Shown here piece by piece: positions 48,174 to 62,500 of a stretch of 64,000 bases of DNA (position 1 is its first letter; the number at the start of each line of letters is the position of its first letter). The notes under the pieces are model-generated. The model made no database searches and had not been told where the DNA came from. It saw only the letters and a program-made list of their open reading frames with translations. The position numbers and the translations under genes are program-made. This DNA comes from Zygnema circumcarinatum SAG 698-1b (lineage: Eukaryota; Plantae; Zygnematophyceae): NCBI GenBank assembly GCA_037447605.1, contig CM074815.1, positions 1,364,001 through 1,428,000 on the forward strand. Reading direction: 5' to 3'.

Positions 48174-51100
48174 TGTTGATGTATAGGTACATCAAGGTGT
48201 TGGTACTTAGTTCCTAGCATGAATGTTGTCCAGGAGATCATGTGTTGATGTAGGGACAATGTCATGCATGAATGGTCATGTTTGGTATAGGACCAAACAT
48301 GGGGGATGCCCAAATTGTTAGGGCAATGTACGGCAGGTCTAGGGAAGGTCTAGGGTCGTAGGTTTGCGGCTTAGGCTTAGACCGTACCAAAGGGGGTGCG
48401 CTGGATGCGCATTAATTGGTTTGGAGCGCGACTGTACGGATGGCGCGCGACTGTACGGACGACGCGGAAATGTTCGGACGCAGAGGTCTTTGGCGCGAAA
48501 GGCGGATCTGCACTAAGCGACATGATTGGTCGCGCCAGAGTGCAGATCGCGACGCAATCTCCTTGCGGGACATTTCGCATGATTAGGTATGTACTTTCGA
48601 AGTACGGATTTTGGTCGGTGCTGAGGCACATCGCATCGGAGTCAGAAGTGACGTGGCACGATGCGGCAGATTCGAAAGTGACAAGGCGCGCCGTCAGAAT
48701 GTCGGCGCAGTGAATCAGGAGTGAGGAGGCGCTGCATCAGCAGTGTCTCATGTGGAGGACAGTGGCGAATCGGAAGAAGCCACGTGTCCGATTCGGGGTA
48801 AGGCCTGTAGGGCCTAGGTCGGTGGCGACCATAGGCTTACGGGGTCCCACATGCAGCTGAGTTAGTGAGGAGTCAGATCGTACGGTGCAGGACGAGGATC
48901 AAGATGAGGCTGAGTTGGATCCGACGGGCTGAGGAGCTGGATCCGTGTGTGCCAAGGAGGATCCGACGGAGCACGATTGAGATCAGGATAGGGCCCTTGC
49001 AAGGCGCTGCATGGGTGGCCGTGACATGACGGCGTCACGTGACAATGGCCGCCATAGTATATGAGGGAGCAAGCTTGGCTCCCTACTTACTCGCTCATAC
49101 TCACTCTGAACGTTATGCTGCTCAACCTTCGTGTTAGGAAGAGCAGGCAGAGGCTGAGGCCTTGAGGAGTCCGGCCTTGTGTAGGGGGTCGTGAAAGAAC
49201 TGTCTCTCATCATGGTTAGCTCTAGTGAAAGAGTTAGAGATGTGTCCCTCTCGTGTTGAGGTAGAGGAGAAGTTCCAGCAAGCATATAGTGCTTAGCTAC
49301 CGCAGGTTGGGGTGTAGTTTGCCTATCAGTGGATAGAATAGTGTCGTTGAGAGGAGGAGAATCGAGCATAAGGTTATATGTAGATTTCCTAAGAGAGCTT
49401 GTATTACACCTATGAATGTTAAGGAGTTTTAGGGCCGAGGGCTTTCTCCTTGTCACTGTGTCATCTGTCATGTGAGTCCTTGTGTTGGGCTGAAGTGGTG
49501 ATGGATGAGTGGAGGCGAACATTGTATGGGCGGCGTGTCGCATCACACGTGGAGACCATTGGAGGAGCGTGGAGTTGATGGAGCCGAGACCATATAGGAG
49601 ATGAAGAAGTGTTCTTGTAGGTGGCGCGTTTTGTTTTCCGCTGTGCGCACCTGGTGAGGGGAGGAAGAGAAGGCATACTGTGGCGGATGCGGTATGTGGC
49701 CTAAGTAGATGTGGAAGAAGTTTTGGAGTGTTCACTCAAGCATGTTTTATCCTTCCACTAGTCTCTCCTTCTGCCCCCTCACACCAACAAGTGGTATCAG
49801 AGCTTATGGTTGAAGTCTTGGAGCATTTGGTGCTTAAGGTTCAGTCCTAGCTTATGGGTGAAATCCTGAAGAGTGCCAAGTGATAGTGAGGGTCCTGGAG
49901 CATACTGAAGTGAGGGATGCAGTTCCTTGAGAGTATGGGTTCCAAAGGGAGAGATCCTTGACTAGAGAAAGAGCTGAAGGAATAGTTCTTTGGGGGAGCC
50001 TAGTGGTTGGCTCAAAGGTACTCAAGAGGATAGATATGGTCAAACTCCTAGTCACGTTGATGGTTTCGTTTGTAGCAAGCAAGTTGCTGAAATAGTCAGC
50101 TTGGAGAAGCTACAGGAAGGAGAGAATGCGTTTAGAGTTCTAGTCTTGACAGCTCGATGGAAAGAGTGCAAAAGAAGGCTAGATTAACGACATTCGAATT
50201 GGCGCTGTTTTGAGAGACTCGGTTCAAGGGAGTCAAGGTCCGACGGCGTGGAGGTGGTGCATTGAGTTGCACACTTTCGAGGTGACCCAACTCAGCGGAG
50301 TTGGTGGTGGCAGCGTGAGGGACGCACAAGCAAGGGTAGACTTACCCTTCGGAAGCTTGTATGCTCGGATAAGGTCGAAGGCTAAGTTGCTTCATCGGCG
50401 ATTCGAGAGGACTTGACGGCACCCCCAGAAGTGGGAGAGGGCCTGTGCCATCAGATTGCCATGGTATGTGGAGGGGATGACCCTTCAAGCACACTCTTGG
50501 GATTAGAGACTAGCTTTGGAGTTAGAGACTAATGAACTAGAATCTTCACATAGGTTGTGGGAGAGGCTAGGAGAGGTGCTGGGTGGCAAGGAGTGCCACG
50601 GATGGAAAGAGTTCACTTCAAATGCGTTTGGGGTGAAGGAGGCCCAAGATCTAGGGTCTAAGAGAGAGAGCTGCCCAAGGAACCATTGCTTAAATCCTGA
50701 CTAGTCTGGTGGACAGAGCTAGTAGAATTGATAGTCACTAAGATGTTAGTGATGGACCACTAAGGAGGAGTTTAGGGAATTCCCCAAGGAGTAGTGGAGG
50801 AGATCAATTCGGAGGTAGGAAGGTCGCAACTTCCTATGAGGAGTCTACTTCACGGAGGAGTAGATGTAGCAAAGGAGGAGAATGGATAGAGTCAAGCGGA
50901 ACTGACAACCATTCAAGGAGGGGCAAGGCTGAAGTCGGACGAGGAGGATTCCACTCCAAGTCGACATTATGGAGCCGTGAGCTNNNNNNNNNNNNNNNNN
51001 NNNNNNNNNNNNNNNNNNNNNNNNNNNNNNNNNNNNNNNNNNNNNNNNNNNNNNNNNNNNNNNNNNNNNNNNNNNNNNNNNNNNNNNNNNNNNNNNNNNN

Positions 51101-52550
51101 NNNNNNNNNNNNNNNNNNNNNNNNNNNNNNNNNNNNNNNNNNNNNNNNNNNNNNNNNNNNNNNNNNNNNNNNNNNNNNNNNNNNNNNNNNNNNNNNNNNN
51201 NNNNNNNNNNNNNNNNNNNNNNNNNNNNNNNNNNNNNNNNNNNNNNNNNNNNNNNNNNNNNNNNAGAGCTTGAAGATGCTTGCAAGGACTAGGATCTTGA
51301 GAGGTGCCTAGGTTCGGAAGACACAAGAGGAAGAGACGTCGACATGGAGCTTGCGAGATCGCACTCATGAGGGGATGGCGCTCTTGAGCAAGGTACCGCA
51401 ACCTTGCATACCTTGTGTGTGATAGAGTTTTGAGGGGGAGGTTTCGTTTCCCTCAAAGGAAGAAGATAATAAGACTCGGCGACTTGGTTGGAGGAGGATG
51501 CTACAAGGGTAGCCCAATAGGCCCAATCATGCTTATCATTAGCGGAGGAGTAGCTAGACGATGGACCGGTGATGCTGACTTCAGATGACTTCTCTCCGGA
51601 GTAGGAGACATGAAGAAGGTGCTATGATAGAGGAGGCTGAGCAGTCTTGAAGAGTTGAAGCGACGAACTTGAAGGTTTGAGGAGCTGCAAGTGATCATGG
51701 AGATCAAGAGGCGGCAAGGAGCGCTTGAAGGCGCGGCTAGTGGCAACGGAATCAAGGGACGAGCAGAGTGTGGAGAATGTCATCATGATGATGGTGCAGT
51801 ACACTTCCCTTCGTGGTATTCCTTAGAAAGTCACTAAGCTAGAGTGAGGTGTTTTCAGATGCATATGAAAGGTGCAAGTATTACACTCTTGGAGAAATTG
51901 ACACACAAATGAAGAAAGTGTCAAGCAGGGTTTGTAGGACCCTGATAGGGGAAGAGGAACATCCGGTTTGCCAGCTCATTGATGGAGTAAGTGAGCAGAA
52001 TTGAGACCCCAAAGGTGGAGTACAAGAGGAGGGTGCCGAGATGTCGAAGCTAGAGTTGTGCTTTGGAGGACCAGTCTTTGTACAGGTAGGCTGTTTAGCT
52101 TAAGAGGGGGTAGGCAAGGTGTTCAGATTCGACCTTGGCAGATGGCGCTGAGGAGAGATTGTCCATGGGGGACATGTGAGTAGAGATTGTCCATGGGGGA
52201 CATGTGAGTTCATAGTGTGAGGTCCCAGGATCATGAAGAGGAAGTTGTTGATGAAGCGGCACTTCATTTGGGAGGAGGCCTACAACAAGTGGCGAGAGTA
52301 CCACAAGGAGGATTCATGGGACAGATATGAACGACCTCATGTTTATGAGGGGGTGAGCGGCATATGGAGAAGCTGTCTTCATGGATATGTGCGTTGGGAG
52401 GAGAAGATGGGACTTCTCAGGTTTACCTTGGAGGATGACTCGTTGTAGAGTTCAGAGGTTGAAGGTTCCCACCACATTGTTGACAAGGTGTCAACTACGC
52501 TCAAGGAGATTATGATGTGCGAGGATTGCACATGCGAAGTGAAGACCATC
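48174..52550 (+). mobile_element. Family F LTR element (5' LTR, PBS, internal region without recognisable gag/pol; LARD-like), truncated by a family A insertion
   Basis: LTR 48174-49789 (TGTTGATG...CACCAACA), PBS TGGTATCAGAGC at 49792-49803. No long ORF or retroelement motif seen in 49804-52550, which contains a ~280-N gap. Confidence 0.8.
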
Positions 52551-52748
52551 TGTAACAAGCCTTGAGCACAACACCCAAAGCCTGCTAGAGACTAAGTCAC
52601 TTAAACGTAATGCTGGTTTATGGAACGATTGCAAGTGCCCCCTTCCAAGGACCCCCTCTTGCATTCATCCCACGCCCCTTATACGCTCCCCCCGTCGAAC
52701 CCTTTACCAGCGTAAGGGACCGGGAGCAGGGCTAGCCAATGGCGCGAT
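52551..52748 (-). repeat. Distal end of a family A LTR (minus strand), probably the 3' LTR of the element at 59519-64000
   Basis: Reverse complement of ~860-1059; runs into a 10-N gap. Confidence 0.8.
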
Positions 52749-52758
52749 NNNNNNNNNN

Positions 52759-55700
52759 CTCAGCCGATAACTCGGCTAAGGATCACCGCCACGCGGCGGG
52801 CTCTGATTGGGCAGTCCCGCTCCCGGTCCTCCATGCTGGTAGGGGGTTCGAAGGGGGGAGCTTAAGGGGGCTGCGCCCGGATGGGGAGGCCATCCGAGCT
52901 CTTTGTACCAGCATTGAGCTCACGCTCTTCTCTCTCTCTCTTCCTCTCCTGACACTTAGACTCTCAGAGCAGCCTGCCAGGGGGCAGGGTGTTACATTGG
53001 TATCAGAGCCGAGTTTAGAGCCTCGGGAATTTCTTTTGGGAGGGGGCCAGCACGCGCATCGCAGTGATGCCGAAAGCGCGACCGAAACAGATGGCGTCGC
53101 GCCACTCACCTCCCCCTTCTCCAGATTCGGAGGAGGACGTGGACATGGGCGCGAACCAGGGGCGCGACTTCGGCGACCCCATGGACACGGGCTCCCGGCC
53201 TCGCCCCACCTCCAGCCGACCCTTCTTCAAGGGACCGAGATCGGGCGACCAGCCGCCGCCAGAGAGCAGCGCCAGCCGCAGCCGCGAAGGAGCGCAGCGC
53301 CCCGAGGCGCCCTCGACGGAGGTCGGAGGGGCTACTTCCTCGGCGCAGAGTGACCCGCATCACCCCCGCGAGTATAGTGCTCATCCCCGATGGGGATGAA
53401 GTCCTCCACGCAGCCGGAGGCCGCGAGCAAGCGTTTTTCCGCTATTGAGGAGGCGCTGCTCGATGGCGAGCTGTACAGACGCTGCCCGCCAGAACGTGCG
53501 CCTCTGGCCAGATCTTTGAGCAGGGCCGGGCAGAACCGAGAGTGACCCTCCCTCCAGCCCCACCGGTAAGCTCATGACAACCCCTCCTCCCGGTAGCATT
53601 TGCCGATGAGGAGAGGCTACAGCCTCCTAGGGGGGAAATAGAGAGTCAGCAGCTGGGCCCCAGAGGCACTGTTGTCCGGCTGCCTCGCGCCGGGCGCGGT
53701 CCACGGGGCGCTTCCCAAACCACGAGGGCCGGGTTCGCCGGGCGCCATCTCTACTCCGAGTACGCCGCCTTTTGAAGGAGGGCGACCGCCAGCAAAGAAT
53801 CCACCTTCGGGCGTGCCGGGCTGGCGACGGGCGACCCCATCGGGGGGTCCGCCCCGGCTTTGCAGGACCCTCCCCGAGAAATCGGGCGAAGGTCCCTCCG
53901 ATCTCCTTATGGGGGGATCGGCCGCATGCCGACTGCCCAATTGATCATTGGCTGGGGCAGGTGCGTGGGTACCTTTGTGCTACCCAATGCCCTCCCGATC
54001 AATGGGTGAACTTTGCTTCACCCGCTTTGAGGGGCGTGGCATGGAGCGTCTATGCCGGCCGCAAGGCGTTAATCGGCAAAGACTTTGAGAAGTTCGAGTC
54101 GGAACTTCTCAAACACTTTGGCATCCTGGACCCCAGTGCTGTTGCACGGGACAGGTTCCAGTCGCTCATGCAGACTGGAAGCGAGGCTGAATTCCTACGG
54201 ACGCGCATGCCAATAATTACCGCTCCCCACCGACCCGAAGAGTTCTTCTTCCCGTCAGCCCATGGATTGAAGCCGCGACGCTCAAACAGCTTCGCCGAAT
54301 CCTCGCACTTTGGAACCCTGGGGACCTATGGATGATGAGTCGAGCGTTTGCAACAAGAACCAAACCGACGTTGCGCTCTACGTGATGGTGCAGTAGCTCC
54401 CCGGCCCGTCATAGCGGACACGTCGCAATCGTACCACAAGAAAACTGAAGCGCCAGCGTCGACCTAAGGAAATGGGCAAGAGGAAATTTCCTTCCTCCTC
54501 ACCAAAGAAGAAATAATCTCAACGGCCACGTGCTCGCGTAAAACTTGCCCACGTGAGACGGAGGTGCTTGCGCGCGGAAAACAAGTGTTTCGCGCAGAAA
54601 GCGGGCATGTCTATGACCGCCATCTTCAAGAAGGATAGAAGGGAAAATGCAAGGAGTCGACTCCCCACCGCCAGCCTTAGGAGTTCTCGGCCGTGGGCTT
54701 GATAAGCAGGGGGGCAAATGCGATACCGCCATCACTTTCAAGGTAGAATGTTATCTAAGGGCGATTCTTAAAGTGATCGTGGAGTTTCAAATGAATGTTG
54801 TTGGTGTGCCATGCATTCTCACATTATTCATTGCCACCGCTATGCTTAGATCTAACAAAGATTTCCGAATGCCGCTCTTGATGAAAGAATGCATGTCATC
54901 ATCTCAATGCCAGCGCGCTGATGCCTTAGTGCAATGTGTGCATTTGATGCCCGCGCTGTCGCGTCGAAAACCATGTACCTCGCCATTTAGCACGCTTCCC
55001 ACAACACGCGGCGTTGAAGGCATATCCACGACCGAGTGGAAAGTGGTAAAGCTGAAGAAGCTGGCCTTTCTGTGGGTGGACGCTCCTACCACCGGCCGGG
55101 AAGTCTCCTCATCCCCAGTGGCGCTAGTCGCCCCCACGCAATCAATGTGCTACGTCCATTTTCCACTTGTCTCTCATCGCGCTATGACCTTCCGTGGTTC
55201 GCCGATGGACACCTCACAGCGGTTTTGCCGACACCGCGACGCCAAATTCTCATATGCGTACTTTGGCCGATCAAGGGCTCATAGCCCGTACTCTCATTCC
55301 GGATAAGGTAACTGTGGATGGACGACGGGCCGATTTCGCGCCGCTGGAAATTGAAGATTCAGCCTTACTCCGGTGGCCAACCTGTCAATGCTATTAGCCC
55401 CAGAAATGCATTCTGATCTGGGAGCAAATGGCCGACGCTATGGGCGCTCGCTAGATTTTTGTTGTCCTAATTGCGTCCTCCGCAGTGAAGGAAGACGCAT
55501 GACTCTGCAACCAGGCACTCCTTCGGGACCAGCCTCGTCGCGGTCATCTTTGTCGTTTTTGTGCTCTGCCATGCAATTGGGCAAAGCATTAAAAACGAGT
55601 AGCATCTTGTTTATGGTGCAAGTCATGACGGCAACCGAGGACGCTCATGACGGGGACCAGGAGTGGCAACCCACGGCGGGTGAAACAATGCCACTTGTCC

Positions 55701-58700
55701 TAAATCGTTTCAACCCCTTGCCGGTGCGTTTCGAGGATGTATTCCTTGCACGATTCGGCTAAGGTCTGCCTACCGCAGGGGTGGGGCATACCACCCCCTT
55801 GAGCCGCACGTAAACCTCCTCTGAGGCCTATCTATAGGCTTAACCGGGCGAGACCGCAGGAGATGTAAAGCACCCGGCAGTGGAGAAGGCCGGATCAGCC
55901 CAAATGCCTGTGAAAGCCCTGGGGCTCCCCATCCTCTTCGTTGGTAAGAAGGATGGGTCTTTGAGAATGTGCATCGATTATCGAGCACTCAATAAGATCA
56001 CGGTAAAGAACAGGTTCGCTTTACCGCGCATAGATGATCTTCTGGACCGTCTGCAAGGGGCGAAGGTATTCACCTCGCTCGACCTTGGGCAGGGGTATCA
56101 TCAGATCCGTGTCACGGATGCTGATGTTCCTAAGACGGCATTTCGGACGCCAATTGGTCACTTCCAGTACAAGGTGCTACCTTTTGGACTGACCAACGCT
56201 CCGGCTACATTCCAAGCTGTGATGAACGAAATGTTCGTCGGCATGGATGAGTTTGTCCTTGTCTACCTGGATGATATCCTGGTATTCAGCAAGACGGACG
56301 CTGAACATCTTGTGCACGTACGCAAAGTGTTCGAGGTGTTGCGAAAACACACGTTTTATGCCAAGCGAAAGAAGTGTAACTTCATGCAACGAGAGTGGTC
56401 GTATCTTGGGCATATCTTGAACGATCAGGGACTGAAACCTGATCCAGCCAAGGTGTCTGCTGTAAAGACATGGGCTGTACCAGCTGATCTTCATCAGTTG
56501 CGGTCTTTTCTTGGATTTGCGAATTATTTTCGTAGTTTATCCGCGCTGCGAAGTTGGTAACACCTCTACCAATTTGACACGCTCCTGTCGCTGCATGCAT
56601 GGACACCGTGAGTGCCGCATTTGGCATTTGATGGTGTGAGACATGCGCTTGTGACAGCACCTACGTTGAGGTTGGCTGATCCGCGGTTGCCATATGAAGT
56701 GGTATGTGACGCTTCGGGGTTCGCTTTGGGTGCGGTCTTGTTCCAAGACGACCAACTTGCTTACGCGAAGATGAACCCAAATTTCAGCTTAAACTACTCA
56801 CCAATGCAGCGGTGAGAGCTCGTCGGCTGTTCACGCCCCGGTGACACGGCAAGTTGCTATTTGAGGGGCGGTGGCAGCCACGCCGGGTCACGTACTCACC
56901 GTCCATCGGACGTTCCTCTCCACGCAGCAAACTCTTTCGAGGCGGCAAACACGCTGGTCTGAGTTCCTCCAACGGTTCGACTGCAAGTGGGTATACCGGC
57001 CTGGACGGCTGAATGTAGCGGACCCACTTAGCAGGCAACCCATCCATCTAGCCTGGATGATGCGCTCGTCGACTCGAGTGTTGGTGGTACGAGATGGTGG
57101 AGACGAAGGGCCGGCCAACCCAGCGTTTACATCTCCAGTATGTTTTGTCATAAACCCCTCCACCAGTGACGCAGTCAACCCTCCTGCTCTCTCTGATTTC
57201 AGACAGATGATTCAGGAGGGGTACACTGGTGATCCTTTGTTCCTGGACGGCCAAGGCAATGGCTATAAGAACAAGCTCGCAGTTTCGACCGCTTTTGGTA
57301 CCACTTATGCTAAAGTAGTTGTACCCAAGGCCGATCTCTGGGCAGTTTCATAATGAGCGAGATGCACGACCGCATGTGGCCATAAGTATGGGGAGCTGCC
57401 AAAACCCGCGGAAGCACCGCCTGAGAATTCCCAGGCCCGAATTACAACCGACGCGGAGGCGCATTTACTCGCATGCCCAACTTGTCAACGGGATAAGCCC
57501 CGCACAGGAAAAGTGACGGGCTTGCTTCAGCCGCTCACGCCTCCTTACAAGAAGTGGGAGAGTGTAGGCATGGACTTGATCACAGATTTACATGTGACAG
57601 CTCGGGGTTTTGACTCCATCCTCGTGTTTGTCGACCGCCTGAGCAAAATGGTGAATTTTGCAGCCACTGCTAAGACGGCGGGTGCCGACGAAATAGCAAG
57701 GCCATATGTTGACAAGGTCCGGAGTCAAGATTGACTCAATCCGAGATCATCCTATCGCGGATACCTTCCCATTCACCGCCATTTTCGAAAGAAATCCTCC
57801 GATTATCTGGACGGCAAAGTTATGAGTACGTACCTTCCACCGCATGCATGGCCAAACCCGAGCGGTGAACCTGGATTCGAAGACTATTTGAGGCATTATG
57901 TGGGACCCATCCCGGATGGATGGGATGAACTGCTCCCGGTGGCTGAGTATGCCATTAATAATGCATTCCAAGAATCAATCGGTACCACTCCTTTCTTCTT
58001 GAACTTTGGTCAGCATCCTCTAAATCCCCTGCAGCCAAGAGATCAGCAGCCAGATGTGTGGAACATGGATGTTCACAGGCTCCCAGATCCTTGGGGCATG
58101 AGAGGAGCTGGCGGGAGTCAACCTCCCGCCGTTAGTGCTTTCACTCGGAAAATGTCCGAGGCGTTACAGAGGGCAAGGCAGACCCTGTTAGCAGCCCAGT
58201 CGCGGCAGAAAGCCTATGCTGATCGTCGTCGTGCTGCATTAACCTTCGCTGTAGGCGATCAGGTACTGCTGAGCACGTCGAACTTGCGCCTGAAGACTTA
58301 CGGCGGAACCCGTAAGTTGTGGCCTCGCTTCATGGGACCTTTTTCGGTCGTGAAGCGAATCGGTGAGGTCGCTTACCGGTTGGCTTTACCGGCTCATATG
58401 AAGAAGTGCATCGGTCTTTCCGCGTGGGTCTTCTTGGGCATACGCGTGATGGGGAGGTCAACCACCTCCCCTCCGGTGGAAGTTGAGGGTGACCTCGAGT
58501 ATGAGGTAGAGACCATCCAAACCCACAGGACTGTGAGTAGAGGTCAGACTTCCCGCCACGAATATCTCGTGAAATGGTTGGGCTATGGGGTTGAACATAG
58601 CACGTGGGAACGTGAGAGCAATCTGACAAATTGCACGGAGCTCCTGAGATTGTACTGGGAGGCGCAGACCGCTGGTGAGCGGGCGAGGGCGGCTAGGGGG

Positions 58701-59518
58701 GTTCCCGAACCGTCCACGCGCTACTCGGAAAGGGACTTGACCGGGATTAACGCTGAGCCCTCCCGTACACCCCGCAGACAGAGACGAATACCTCTTAAAC
58801 TGCGGGCTGCCAAGATTACTTTTCCCCAGTGAACGAGGGCGTTCACATACTCACAGGGGGGAGTAATGTAGCGTAACGCTACAGCGTGACCCTGGAGGCG
58901 TACTCATAGTGATACTATGACTATCCCTTCATCTCAGCGCCTAGCGGATAGGTTAGGACGCTGCCAAGACCGCAGGAGGTCTTGGGCTCGATCCTTGTGG
59001 CGTGCAAAGGATCTCTTTTGGATCGTACTGGTCGTCCGTACAGATGTACGGACGCACCGACATACGGATCCCGCGGCCAGAGATCGGCGGCGCGCATGCG
59101 TCGGCGGCGCCGCGGCGGCGCGACCCACGAAGATCTTGGCGGCATCTTTCTGACAAGTACCCGTCGGTACTATGCGGACGAGGCTGGTAGTCTGACTCTG
59201 TCGAACCAGCAAATCTTGCCCGCTGCACGGCGGCGCGCGGCGGCGCGCCCGTGGGGAATCTTGGCGGGACCTGAGCTTGTCCTCAGCGATATTTCGGCTG
59301 GATCACCGCCCTTGGCGGCCGGGCTCTGATTGAGCAGTCCAGCTCCGGTCCTCCATGCTGGTAGGGGGTTCGAAGGGGGGAGCTTAAGGGGGCTGCGCCC
59401 GGATGGGGAGGCCATCCGAGCTCTTTGTACCAGCATTGAGCTCACGCTCTTCTCTCTCTCTCTTCCTCTCCTGACACTTAGAATCTCAGAGCAGCCTGCC
59501 AGGGGGCAGGGTGTTACA
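52759..59518 (+). mobile_element. Ty3/gypsy chromovirus (family B) with a heavily frameshifted interior
   Basis: 5' LTR part 52759-52996, PBS 52998-53010, gag, protease-region, RT (YRALNKIT, YLDDIL), RNase H, integrase and chromodomain fragments, PPT, 3' LTR 58867-59518. Inserted into the chromodomain coding sequence of the minus-strand A element. Confidence 0.9.
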
Positions 59519-62500
59519 CAACCTCATACTCAAGGTCGCCTTCAATCTCCACTGGTGTAGGAGGTGGTTGGATCCTCCCGTCGTGTCGGTAAGCCTTTAG
59601 CAGACTCACATGAAAGACCGGATGCACTTTCATATGGGCTGGTAAATCCAACCTGTAAGCCACTTCTCCAATGCGCTTCACGACTTTAAAAGGCCCCACA
59701 TAACGTGGCCACAGCTTACGGGTGCCGCCATAAGCTTTGAGTTTAAGATGAGCGGTACTCAACAAAACTTCATCTCCCTCAATAAAGGTAAGTGGAGTCC
59801 GCTTGCGATCAGCATACGACTTCTGTCGGGAGTTGGCCGCTTGCAGGGTCTGCCGCGCCCGCTGCAAGGACTCAGACATCAATCGGACAAAAGAAGTAAC
59901 GGCAGGAGGTTGAGTCCCACCAGCTCCTCTCGTACACCAAGGATCGGGATTTCGGTGGACACCCATGTGCCACTCAGAAGGGGATTGATCCTTCGGCTGC
60001 AGGGGATTTAGAGGATGCTGACCAAAATTCAAAAAGAATGGAGTAGTACCGATAGATTCCTGGTACGCATTATTAATGGCATATTCAGCCACCGGGAGCA
60101 ACTGATCCCACACATCCGGTGTAGGTCCCACATAATGCCGAAGATAATCTTCCAGGATTCGGTTCACCCGCTCCGTCTGGCCGTCAGTTTGCGGGTGGAA
60201 GGCTGTACTCATAGCCTGCTTGGTACCCACGATTCGTAGCACTTCTTTCCAGAAATGTCCAGTGAATCTGGGATCTCGATCAGAAATAATCTCTGATTGA
60301 AGCCCATGCAGACTCCACACTTTGTCAACATATATCCGTGCCATCTCATCGGCCCCAGCTGTCTTAGTAGTTGGTGCAAAATGCACCATCTTGCTGAGCC
60401 TATCGACGAACACTAAGATGGAGTCAAAACCCCGTGGTGTGACAGGAAGATCAGTGATCAAATCCATGCCAACACTCTCCCACTTCCGAAAAGGAGGTGT
60501 TAAAGGTTGCAACTGATTAGGAATTCGGCCAGTACGTGCCTTATCGTTGACAAGTGGGACAGGCGAGTACATACGCCTTTACATCCCTCGTGAGCCCGGC
60601 CACCAGAACTCACGGAGCAGTGCCTCACGAGTCTTGGCAATTCCCATATGACCTCTGTACGGCGGATCATGCAACTCACTCAGAATGAGTTGCCGTACAA
60701 CCCCGGTCTTGGGCACGACCAATTGCGTCCCGTGATACCAAAACCCATCTGTTGAGAGCACCACTTTGTCCTTATAGCCACTACCCTGGCCATCCAAGAA
60801 CAAGGGATCACCAGTATAGCCCTCTTGAATCATCCGTCTGAGATCAGAGAGAGCAGGAGGGTCGACTGTCCTACTGGTGCGGTGGTTTATGGCTAGGCAT
60901 ACCGGAAAGGGAAAATCAGGGTTGGCCGGCCCTTCATCTCGACCGCTTCGTTCCTCCATCACCCGAGTCGACGAATGCACCATCCAGGCTAGATGTCGCG
61001 ACTGCCTGCTCAATGGGTCCGCCACATTCAACCTCCCTGGTCGATAGACCCACTGACAGTCAAATCGTTGAAGGAACTCGGACCAGCGTGCCTGCCGCCT
61101 AGTCAATGTCTGTTGAGAGGAAAGAAATGTCAACGGCCGATGATCCGTGACAAGCGTAACCGCTTTCGCCCCCTCTAAATAACACCGCCATGTCCTCAAG
61201 GCGTGGATTACTGCAAGGAGCTCTTGCTCAGTTGCAGAATAATTGCGTTCGGCTGGGGTCATCTTACGACTTTCGTACGCAAGAGGTCGCCCATCCTGAA
61301 ATAGGACGGCTCCCAGAGCAAATCCGGACGCATCACAAACCACCTCATATGGTTTGGTAGGGTCTGCCAACACCAATGTAGGTGCGGTGACTAAGGCATG
61401 TTTAACACCCTCAAAAGCCCTCTGGCATTCAGGCGTCCAAATGTAAGTGACACCGGCACGTGTCAAATCTGTCAAGGGAGTAACAAGTTTGCTAAACCCT
61501 TGAATAAATTTACGAAAATAATTCGCAAATCCGAGGAAAGACCGCAACTGATGTAAATCAGCCGGTACTTCCCATGTCTCAACCGCAACCACCTTAGCCG
61601 GGTCCGGTCGAATGCCCTGATCATTCAGGATATGCCCAAGGTAAAGCAGCTCACGCTGCATGAAGTGACACTTCTTCCACTTGGCATAAAAATGATGCTT
61701 CCTCAGAACTTCAAACACCCTTCTCACGTGTTGAAGATGGTCCTCAACTGTCTTACTAAAGACGAGGATATCATCGAGGTACACCAAAACAAAGTCATCC
61801 ATGCCAATGAACATTTCGTTCATGACGGCTTGGAAAGTTGCTGGAGCATTAGTCAATCCAAAAGGTAAAACCTTATACTGGAAATGACCGATAGGCGTAC
61901 GAAACGCCGTCTTAGGTACATCAGCATCCGTCACACGAATCTGATGATAACCTTGTGCAAGATCGAGTGATGTGAATACTCGAGCACCTTGCAATCTGTC
62001 CAGCAAGTCATCAATACGCGGTAACGCATACCGATTCTTGACAGTTATCTTGTTAAGTGCCCGATAGTCAATGCACATTCGCAAAGAACCATCTTTCTTC
62101 CCCACAAAGAGGATTGGAGCACCGAAAGGACTCTGGCTGGGTTCAATCCAACCTTTGTCTCTCAAGTTTGAGAGTTGCTTACGCATCTCTTCGGTCTCCT
62201 TGGGACTTAACCGATAAATCGGCCGCCACGGCGGCTTATGCCCAGGTTCCAAGGGAATAGTATGCCCGACACCTCGTGACGGAGGCAATCCCCGAGGTAA
62301 GTCATCAGGAAAAATATCCCTGAATTCATCCAACAACGGTTGGATCCGAGATGGAACAGGTGACAACACATCCGTAGGTGTGACATGCCACTCTTGTTCC
62401 TCGTCATGAACATCTTCCGTGGTATCCATGACTTGTACCAAAAACAAGGTACATCCTGCCTTAACAGCTTTAGCCAACTGCATGGCTGAACACTGAAAAG

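Noticed and set aside
53000-58000. Extreme indel density inside element B despite near-identical LTR ends, suggesting targeted hypermutation
   Set aside because: Scattered 1-2 nt indels throughout are more simply explained by low-quality long-read gap-fill sequence; this cannot be resolved without reads.
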